Of a stretch of DNA of 60,586 nucleotides, positions 51,201 through 60,586 are shown in pieces. Position 1 is the stretch's first letter. Each line of letters starts with the position of its first letter. The stretch lies in NCBI RefSeq assembly GCF_041956535.1, contig NW_027192228.1:57170-117755 (forward strand), in the 5' to 3' direction. The translations under genes and the position numbers were made by a program. Origin of the DNA: Calcarisporiella thermophila CBS 279.70 (lineage: Eukaryota > Fungi > Calcarisporiellomycota). The notes under the pieces are model-generated. The model ran no database searches. It had not been told where the DNA came from and was given only the letters and a program-made list of their open reading frames with translations.

Positions 51201-52128
51201 CGCGACTGGGCGGGAGCCATGTGTGCTACCAACACAACTTGGAACAATGATGCAAGAGCCGATCTTAGATGAGGATTTGAGCAAAACACGCCAGACAGAG
51301 GAGAAATTATCTTTTGCGCGATATCCAGCGAAAGGATCTTCTACATCAAAACCTTTTGCTGGACCACCGCGTACTCCTGAATATGATCGCCCGCGAAACC
51401 GCTCACCGGTGAAAAATTCATCCCCTGCTATTTCAGCAAAGATGGCACCCCTTCTTCCACTAGGGCTGGATGTGATGCCTAGTCACAAACGTAGAAACCC
51501 AGTGGACCAGACCGAGTTAAAAAGCCAGTCACCTTTCTCTTCACGAGTACAGTCGCCAATTCTAGATTCAACAAAATCTAGGAGAAATATAGAGGCGACT
51601 GAAGCTCCGATGCGACTCGATTCACAGTTGCCGCTACCGTCTGATTTCACAGCAAAACCTTCACTACCTGAAAAATCTAAGAAATCAGTAGCGAAAGAGA
51701 AGAAGGTGGACACCCCAATAGCCAAATTGCGCCGCACCCCTCGAAAATCGAGAAAACTATTGACGGAAGAAACCACAACAACTGACGAAGATGATTCTAA
51801 ACCTGTAGTTCAAGCTGCTCCAAGTACAACCACCACTCGTCGACAAACGCGCTCACGTTCTGAGTCAATCGGCGGCAGCAGCACTACAGATAAGCAAACA
51901 TCTCAACATGCAATCACTCCATCGCGCCGCACACGAACTGCAAGAAGTCGACTGACAATTGCTGGTTCAGAACCCGCATTAAAGGAATTGATAGAGTTGG
52001 ATTCAACCCCAGCACGAAATACTCGACGTCGACAGAAGGCTTCCCAAGAAATGACATTGAAAGAAGACGACACTGATACCGATCCAGGTGTAACTCCGCG
52101 TAGAAGATCATCGAGGCGTAAAACTTAG
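48211..52128 (+). CDS. ELYS-like nucleoporin (nuclear pore assembly)
   Basis: ELYS helical-domain pattern LFIDRLL..YPP..IVYYLLRD..LMDGYWALD..FEEAV. Beta-rich N-terminal exons and a long disordered basic C-terminal tail. Confidence 0.78.
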
Positions 52129-52863
52129 GGCTAACGAATGTTTCCGAAAATCGAGTAATCTATTTTATTTTTAAATAAACAATGTAAATGAACTTCTTGT
52201 GGCTTTGATCTATTGACCATGCAATGTTATGTCTTTAATTCTCTACCAAAAAAGGATTCATTGCATCCACCTACCCACTCAGCAGCGACATCTTAATTGA
52301 AGGCAAAATTACTATGATATTGCTGGATAGACTTTGTTCGATGATTATCATATTTAATCAGGCTAAGATCTTTGTCAATCTTAACTTCCCAGTATTATAT
52401 CAAATGACTAATTAATTACTACTAATATCTGATCTGGAGCTTTTTTACATTCAGCTTCCAAATTTATTTTTTACCCTTATAATCTGCGCTATTATTTTGT
52501 TAAATTTAGCATTCTCACTTGGTACACCTTGAGATTTTAATATTACAAGAGAATTTTATATAAGTCAAACTGCCTACAATCCAGCCCAAAACGAGCTTTG
52601 ATAACAAAAAATAAAAAAATTAATTCTCCTCAAATTTTTCTTCCAGAGAACACTATAGTATTGTAAACAATAGATGCAAATAGGACTGTGAGTTCCTTCT
52701 CTCAAGGTTTTTTGTAGGACTGTTGGGGAAATGAAAGAGTCGTCTATCGCCTAATACGAAGCAATCATAGTATATTTCTATGGGATATCAAATTTCTCAC
52801 GAATTATTTTGAGATTTTCTTGAAACTTTATTTATTTCTCCTTCCTCTCCATACACATTCGAC

Positions 52864-53830
52864 ATGTCCTCACCAGAGAAGCTAGTCCCGCTACCCAAAA
52901 CTTCCTCTCCAATCAATTCAGCAGGATCTCCTATCACTCTGCAATACGTCCGGGACATCACAGCTGCCGGGCTAGCTTCTTTGTTCGTTTCACCTTTTAT
53001 TGCCATAGTTGATCGGTGAATGTCAACAATTTTCATCCAATGATCTTGAATACTCGTGCCCTAATATTGCTTACGTTGATAGCTCAATTATTGAAAATGC
53101 GAACGGAAAATTAGATTTAGTTTCGGGACTAAAGCAAGGGTTTAAACATTTCTCTACTAGGCCACATCAGTTTATTAGATCAAAGCAATTTGGACTTATT
53201 TATGGGCTCTATTTCGCGGTAAGAATTTGTCTTTCATTCCCTCAAAACATTTATTTTTCTTAATTAACATTGCATTTTATTTAGACTTACGCAACTGCTA
53301 ATACCATTGACACAACCTATAACTACTGGAATTCTGATCCACAATGGCCAAAATTCGTTGGAACAACCGCGGTGAACATGACGCTGTGTATCGCCAAGGA
53401 TAGGGCATTCACACGCATGTTTGGGATCGTTGCTCCACGTCCCCTACCAATCCCTAGTTATGCTCTCTTCGCTGTACGTGATTCTCTTACTGTTGCTGCG
53501 TCTTTTAATGCCCCAAGTATCACATCGAAAGAACTACAAACTTATGGCTACTCTCGTGAAACTGCCGATGTTATTGCCCAGCTGTTTTGCCCTGCAATAA
53601 TACAATTTGCTTCTACTCCTCTGCATCTCCTCGGTTTAGATTTATATAACCGTCCTGATGCCACCAGCGGGAAGCGACTAACCCTCATCGGGCGCGAATA
53701 TTTGAAAAGTGTATTCGCTAGAATTGGCAGAATTGGACCAGCCTTTGGTATTGGTGGAGTAGGAAATCTCTATTTCAGACGAGTATTAGGAGACTGCTTG
53801 CCGAATAAAAAGTTGGCCGTGGCAGATTAA
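52864..53830 (+). CDS. Conserved fungal membrane protein (S. pombe C365.16-like, putatively mitochondrial), 3 exons
   Basis: AAGLASLFVSPFIAIVDRSIIENA, TYATAN, KDRAFTRMFG, LFAVRDSLTVAASF, QFASTPLHLLGLDLYNRP, RIGPAFGIGGVGN. Confidence 0.75.
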
Positions 53831-54952
53831 ATATTTCAAAATAAATAGACCCCCTCAGGGTTTAATTCGTGTATACAATAGATATATATAAGGTAATTTC
53901 TATTTTGCTATGTGTGTTCTTTAACGTTTTCCGGACAAAGAATAAAAATTTTTTTTGGATTCTCTATGCATCTTTAATACTCTCTTGAATCGATTGACAC
54001 ATTGAACACGTTAAAATTCCGCATCCATTTGATAGTTTTCTAAGAGGAGTGGAAATTGCAATCCTGCATCTGAATCTTCTGGGTACTTTTTCCGATCTCT
54101 CCTATATATTTGACTTTCCTGAGTGTACTATGCTAGATACAGTTATTACCGCCTTGATTATGAGTATATTTTGCTACAATACAGATAATACACTTGACTT
54201 GAAAATCCTTGCATCGCTCATAAATGCAATGCCGTCTGAAGTGATCGAACGCGTTTTCCAATGATTGGGTCACTTAAGGTCTAGAATATGATTTTTTTTT
54301 ATTAATAAGCTAACCTTTTTGTATATCGTCACAAACTGAAATAACTCAGGTAATACTCCTGGTCTATATTAAATATTAGCGGAGGAAGTAGAAACTAAGG
54401 AAATAAAAAAGGAAATTGAAAGATGGAACCGTAGAGATAAAGAGAGTAGGACAGGTTAGATAAAGCTACGTTATATCATAAGGTCGACCGGAAGGATAGT
54501 ACTAATATATGTAAATACATGAATTAGAATGTTAGAGGTAGAAAAATGGGGGAAAAATTATGCAAAAGAAAGAAAGAAAATGAATAGAAAAAATAAAAGT
54601 AAAAACAAAGGAACAGACTAAGAAAGACTGTCATAGAAAAGTTGGAAGATATTCACACGACAGAATGATTTTGTGTTGGGATTATGGTATCGTGTTCATA
54701 GGAATCTTGAGTGAATATCATAATTTCGTCGAAGACATTCAACCAATACCACGTGTCCATTTGTTGATAAACTCTCTTTTCCGGCTTCGATGCATTGCTG
54801 TCCATTACTTAGAGCTTACTCTCTGCTGTAGCTCGTAGTCAAATTGCTTGGTTATAACTATAGGTTTTAGGCTGGACATACTCCAGACCTATTTCAAGCT
54901 TTGGAATATTTTGGAACTCCGAACCCTCCAGAACTCGAGAAATCTTACAGCT

Positions 54953-54960
54953 TGGTAGCG
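54953..54960 (+). other. Primer-binding site TGGTAGCG (tRNA-iMet type)
   Basis: It lies 3 nt after the 5' LTR end ...TCTTACA (54949) and is the same octamer as the yeast Ty3/Ty1 tRNA-iMet PBS core. Confidence 0.75.
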
Positions 54961-57900
54961 ACGAGTTCGATCTACCTATGTGACACTACCAGAAATCCAG
55001 AAATTTAACCAGAAACCAGACACTAGACATCAGAATTATTTTACGAGAAGATCAATTTTGAAATAATGGAACTGATTTTTATACCAGCACCTTTCCGTAT
55101 GCCTGAACCCGCCAGGTTTAGTGGCAGACATTATCCCAATGTGCGCGAATGGATTGATCAAGTTGAGAACTATTTTGTGGGAACGAGTCCCCCTCAACAT
55201 ATGAAGGTCCCTTACGCCGTCTCTTTATTCCAAGGTGACGCCCTTATTTGGTGGAGACACTTAAAAATACAAGGACGAGTGCCAAAGGAGTAGGAAACGT
55301 TTAAAAACGAGGCCATCCTTATGTTCCAACCGATCAACTCGGTTAAACGTGTGAGGGATAAGCTTGCTGACTTAAGACAACGACGTAGCGTACAGGAGTA
55401 TGCTGTAACTTTCCGATCATTAGCAATGCAAATTCCAGGCATCACTGAGGAGGAACTGATCGATAAGTTTATTCGTGGATTGGAACTGTAAACGAGAAAG
55501 GAAATAGAATACAAGAATCCGACCACCTTGAATGAGGCAGTTAGAGAAGCTGAGCGTTACGATGCCGTTTATTTCCGAGGTCGTATGCGTTTCGAATACA
55601 ACACTCGTGCTTCCACTAGTCATGAGAATCACAATGGACCAAGACCAATGGAGCTTGATGTCATTCAAGCGCGAAGAAGACTTGATGAACACGAAAAAGA
55701 ACAACTGAGAAAGAGCGGGTCGTGTTTTTTCTGTCGCAAGAAAGGCCATATTGCTCAAACCTGTCCTAAGAAGTCGAGAAACACGTAATCATCGTCGGAA
55801 AAATTCAAGTCCCGGTGCTGATGGGGATCTCCACTGGGACCAACGGTGAAAATATTTTGCCCGACAATTCCCCACCTTCTCAACTCAACACGACGACGAC
55901 GAATCGACATGGGGATCTTCTGATGTATCGAGGGTTTCTAGATAAATTCCCGGCCAAGCTTCTCGTTGATGGAGGAGCGTCTGACAACTTCGTGACTAAA
56001 GATTTAGCCTATTGCTTTGGCAACAAGATAATTGAGACTCCCAGTTTTGAATTATATTTCGCCAACGGTGAGAAGCAGATCTGTAGCCGAAGACTCGTGG
56101 GCGTTCACCTACGACTAGGAGAATATGAGCAGGCACTTAACTTTGTTGTCGCCGATCTCCCGCACTACGATATTGTCTTGGGGAAACCCTGGTTGGCCGA
56201 ACACAATCCGTAGATCAATTGGAGAGACAATACGGTAACATTCTGGCACCAGAATCAGGAGATCAGGCTCAAAGACACTCAGCGCAATAGTATGGAAATG
56301 CTATCTGCAATGCAATTCAAGCGCGCCACCAAAGATCACGAAGTGTACGCGGTAATACTGAAGGAAGCTAACGACGCCGAACCACCTTAACTCGATATGA
56401 ACGAGGACATCGAAGATATCATCGCCAGCTATGAAGATGTATTTCCTGAAGAATTACTAGCCGGATTGCCGCCAGAAAGAGCCGTCGATCACCGTATCGA
56501 ACTTGTACCAGGTACCGAACCACCATCTAGAGCAACATACAGATTAAGATACCCCGAGATGGACGAAATGCACAAGCAGTTGCGAGATTTACTTGAAAAG
56601 GGATGCATCCAACCCAGCAAGTCACCCTTCAGCGCACCAGTACTTTTCGCTAAGAAAAATGGTTGTGACTTGAGAACGTGCATCGACTACCGCGCACTTA
56701 ACAAGTTTACTATCAAAAATCGTTATCCGCTGCCACGAATTGACGAGATTCTCGACCGAGTGCAAGGAGCAAGAATTTTCTCGAAAATCGACTTGAGATC
56801 TGGCTATCACCAGATCAGAATTGCCGCGAACGACGTGCCAAAAACCGCCTTTAGGACACGTTACGGCCACTTCGAGTTCCTGGTATTACCTTTCGGTTTG
56901 ACCAATGCGCCCGTGACATTCATGACTCTCATGAATGACATATTTCGTCAACTGTTGGACTCGTGCGTTATTTTTATCTCGACGATATTCTTATTTTCAG
57001 CAAGAACGCACAAGAACACACGAAACACTTGCGACAAGTCCTCGACATATTACGGGAAAACAAGCTCTACGCGAAAAAGAGTAAATGTGAGTTTTTCAAG
57101 GACCGTATTAACTTCCTGGGACATGTTATTACTAGCGCTGGAATTCAAGTTGACAATGAGAAGATAGCAGCAATTCAAGATTGGCCTGAACCAACGACCA
57201 CAACGGAAATCATGTCTTTTCTGGGCCTTGCGAATTTTTATCGGAAATTCGTTCCAAATTTCGCGAAAACGGCAGCACCATTAACGTGAGTTACTCAAGA
57301 AAGATCGCGAGTTTGTATGGGACGACAATTGTGCAAAATTGTTTCAAGAGCTGAAGAGCAAGTTAATCACGGCATCGACACTCAAGATCCCGGACCCGAA
57401 CGAGAAATTCATAGTAACTACGAATGCATCAGATTTCGCCATCGGTGCTGTATTATCTCAGTATGAACCGTCTGACAACTCGTTACATCCCATCGCGTTC
57501 GAGTCGCATAAACTGTCAACTTGCGAGCGAAATTATGCGACACACGAGAAAGAACTTTTCGCGATAGTGCACGCATTAAGGACCAGGAGACATTATCTTC
57601 ATGGACAACATTTCAAGGTCTATTCGGATCGCGCATTACTAAAATACATCCAGACTCAACCAACGCTCACACGAAGATAAGCAAGATGGATGGAGATAAT
57701 TCAGGAATTCGACTTTGAAATATTGTATCTACCAGGAAAGACCAACATAGTAGCCGACGCTCTTTCGAGACGACCTGATTTCGAGATCAACACAATTTCG
57801 ACAATTCAACCTCCCAACGAGATATTAGACGAGACAAGAGCCAAGTATAAAGATGACCCAGATTTCGCTAACATTTATATTCAACTCAAGGATCCCGAAC

Positions 57901-59359
57901 AGCCAATTCCATAGCCCACAGCATCAAGTATTTCGACTTGAGAGATGGTCTTCTTTTCTTCGGGGAGGGAGGAGATAAGGAAAGATTGTGCATTCCGAAC
58001 GACAAGGAGATCCGACTTCAGATTCTTCAAGAACACCACGATATTCCGATTTCAGGGCACCTAGGGATCGAGAAAACTTATGAACGAGTTCATCGACTTT
58101 TTTATTGGCCAAGTTTACAAGACGCCGTCAAGAAATATGATACGAGCTGCGATGTTTGCCAATGAACCAAATCGAGTAACACCATTCCAGCAGGACTCCT
58201 TCAACCACTTGATACACCAACTCAGAAATGGCAACAGGTTTCCATGGACTTAATCACTCAACTCCCAAAGACTAAGAATGGACTTGACGCGATTGTGGTT
58301 TTTGTCGATAGACTGACGAATTGGCGCACTTCGTTCCAACAACAACATCAGCCAATGCACCAACTTTAGCCAAGCCATTCTTTGACACGGTATTTCGACT
58401 TCATGGCCTTCCACAAGCGATAGTAACAGACCGATACCCTCGTTTTATCAGCAACTCATCAACAAAGCACTGCATAATTACTTGGGAACCAAACTTACAA
58501 TTTCAACCGCCTACCACCCAGAGACCGACGGCCAGACCGAGAGAACGAATAGAACCCTAGAACAGATGTTACGCGTATATATGTCCTATCGACAAAATAA
58601 CTGGGATGAATGTTTGGCCGCCGCCGAGTTTGCTTATAATAATGCCAAACAATCTTCTACCAGAATGAGCCCTTTCGTACTTAACTCAGGACAACATCCG
58701 ATCGTGCCAACCAGCCTTTTTAATTTTCGACCTCAACAAATTAACATACAAGCAAATGAAGATTTTATACATGAGATGACCAACTTATTGAAAATTGCCT
58801 CGGAAAACTTAGTGGAAGCAAAATCACGACAAGCGCAACAAACCAAGACCGCAGACAAGAAGAGTTCGATATCGGTGACAAAGTCATGATTTCAACTGCA
58901 AATATCCAGTTTGCCTCGCAGTCTCAACGACTAACAAGGAAGCTACAACACAAGTTCATCGGTCCATACGAAATCATCGAAAAGATATCAGCTGTAACGT
59001 GTAAGGTCAAGTTGCCCGACTCACTTAGGATCCGCCCAGTCTTTCACATATCACTTCTGAAAAGATTCGATGAAGGTCCACAAGAATACGCGAGCAGAAT
59101 CAACCCGCCGCCACCGCCAGTTGAGACAGAAGAAGATATTGAGTACGAAGTCGAGTATATCTTGGACAAGCGAACAAGAAAATTCGGACGTCATGAGCGA
59201 ACAGAATACTTAATCAAATGGACCGGATATGACGAAACGGAATCAACTTGGGAGCCTTTGCCGAACTTAGGAAATGCACAGCGAGCAATAGAGGAATACG
59301 AAAATTCGACGAAGTAACTTTAAAATAACCCGAACGGCGAATTTTAAGAAGGGGAGAAT

Positions 59360-59633
59360 TGTAATGAATTGACTTTACTATTATTTTTTTATTTTTACAG
59401 AACATATTTAGAATAATGTCTTCCCTTAGATAATGTTTTAACTTTGTAATATTACGCCAGTTTTACCTTAGCCATTTAACGCCAACTTGTATTATGTAAA
59501 GAATGTATTTTCTGAAGTTTATAAATAGTCCTTGATCTTTGTAAAGAATAATTAATCAATCTTTTTTCTTCGTGAATTACTTGATTTGGAATATTTGGAT
59601 CTCCGAACCCTCCCGAACTCGAAAAATCTTACA
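59360..59633 (+). repeat. 3' LTR (274 bp, TGTAA...TTACA) preceded by polypurine tract
   Basis: PPT AAGAAGGGGAGAA at about 59346-59358. The last 49 bp match 54900-54949 with 3 mismatches and 1 gap. Confidence 0.85.
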
Positions 59634-60332
59634 TCACTCCCTTCAGGTCCCACAAAAAAAATTGTGACAGCTGTTGTTATTGCCAGATCAACATTTAACA
59701 TTTTTCCAAAATGTCATGTTGTGAGGAGATTTGGCACAATATGGAATTATGGCGCAGTAGGAGGAAAGGTGGCTTTGGCGGCTTATTTTTCTTTTACACT
59801 TCTTTAAGTTCTTGGGATGGTTTTATTAGTATATTTATTAGCTTACGGTTACGGTTACGGTTAACATATTTCTCCTTGATTACCTCATTATATTTTTATT
59901 ATCTTGTTTACATTTATGTTTGTGGTACGTTATTTTTAGTATAAAAGGGAATCATCTTTGTTTACAATAAAAGTGTGCTATTTTGTTTTGGGATAGAACC
60001 GGATTACTTTACAATCCACTTCGTGTCGTTTATTAGCCTTCTGAAGTGTTTACGGAAGGACAATCAAGAGCTTATTTTTTTTGATTTTCAATGGAAACTT
60101 TTTATTTATTTTCCATATATTACATGAAGTTAATGTCAATGGACTTAACATAACGAGATATAGATTCTTGATCGATAGACTTTTAATCGATATGCGTGTA
60201 TCGCCGTTGTCGTGTATAGCATGTACGTGAAACCGATGTAATCTTTTGTACTTATCGTAAGGGCGGTCTTTTCAATAATCAAGACTCAGCTTCTGATCAA
60301 GTGGATAGCAGCCACAAACTAAGAGTAAGTGC

Positions 60333-60383
60333 TGGTGGGGGAAGTGGGATTCGAATCCACGCCGTTCTCATCGGCATACCAGG
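60333..60383 (-). pseudogene. 3' half of a long-variable-arm (Leu/Ser-type) tRNA with genomically encoded CCA
   Basis: Minus strand reads CCTGGT ATGCCGATGAGAACGGC GTGGA-TTCGAAT-CCCAC TTCCCCC A CCA: variable-arm hairpin, T-arm, acceptor 3' strand, discriminator A, CCA. No canonical 5' half was found. Confidence 0.6.
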
Positions 60384-60489
60384 GATAGTCCACTACACTA
60401 ACCCTCCCCCCCCTTGAAATAAAATTTTTTTTTGATCAATCAACGGAGAGTTTAATGATTTAGGGGGAGGGTTAGTGTAGTGGACTATC
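60384..60489. mobile_element. 106-bp MITE-like element with perfect 27-bp terminal inverted repeats
   Basis: GATAGTCCACTACACTAACCCTCCCCC (60384-60410) and its exact reverse complement (60463-60489) flank a 52-bp AT-rich spacer. No clean target-site duplication. Confidence 0.6.
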
Positions 60490-60586
60490 GACACCATCTC
60501 AGGCCCCCTAAACACTCAGGTGCTGAGCCCCAGGAACCTCGTACTTGGCGACCTACCAGAAGCCCCGAGGACAGTAAGACACGCGG

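Larger units (their letters stand above)
54900..59633 (+). mobile_element. Degenerate Ty3/Gypsy chromovirus LTR retrotransposon
   Basis: Gag with PMELD and CCHC knuckle (CFFCRKKGHIAQTC); protease LVDGGAS; RT ([22 protein letters not shown]); RNase H; integrase (GHLG..CDVCQ, AYHPETDGQTER, GPY); chromodomain (YEVEYILDKR..YLIKWTGY..STWEP). Many premature stops and frameshifts. Confidence 0.95.

Noticed and set aside
55066-59317. RIP-like mutation (several stops look like CAA/CAG/TGG to TAA/TAG)
   Set aside because: Nonsense mutations are intrinsically biased to C-to-T. The element still has abundant CpA and CpG, and a family alignment would be required.
59843-59863. (TTACGG)3 telomere-like repeat
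   Set aside because: Only 3.5 units and internal, so it is a simple microsatellite.

Overview
Eukaryotic, intron-rich genomic DNA with short (about 55-130 nt) GT-AG introns. It is fungal and by inference probably an early-diverging lineage, because it retains paladin, HSDL2, a long ELYS and an animal-type iodotyrosine deiodinase. About 18 spliced genes can be assembled by hand. In order: a Ser/Thr/Pro-rich secreted protein running off the left edge, a small secreted Kex2-type peptide precursor, an MFSD1-like transporter, a small GPI-type protein, iodotyrosine deiodinase (IYD), prenylcysteine oxidase, SulP/SLC26 sulfate permease, a paladin-like triple PTP-domain protein, Cfd1, mitochondrial NADP-IDH, peroxisomal HSDL2-like SDR, oxidosqualene cyclase (ERG7-like), Tra1/TRRAP, Qcr8, a SAM-HMG protein, ELYS and a C365.16-like membrane protein. 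These are followed by a decayed Ty3/Gypsy chromovirus and, at the right edge, a CCA-ending tRNA 3' half abutting a perfect 27-bp inverted repeat. Most notable: (1) an intact, membrane-anchored, metazoan-like IYD in a fungus; (2) an OSC with Asn at the product-determining Thr/Tyr position; (3) the tRNA-CCA/inverted-repeat composite; (4) a candidate -1 frameshift pseudoknot in the retroelement. Exon boundaries and family assignments were made by eye from motif recognition, with no database searches.
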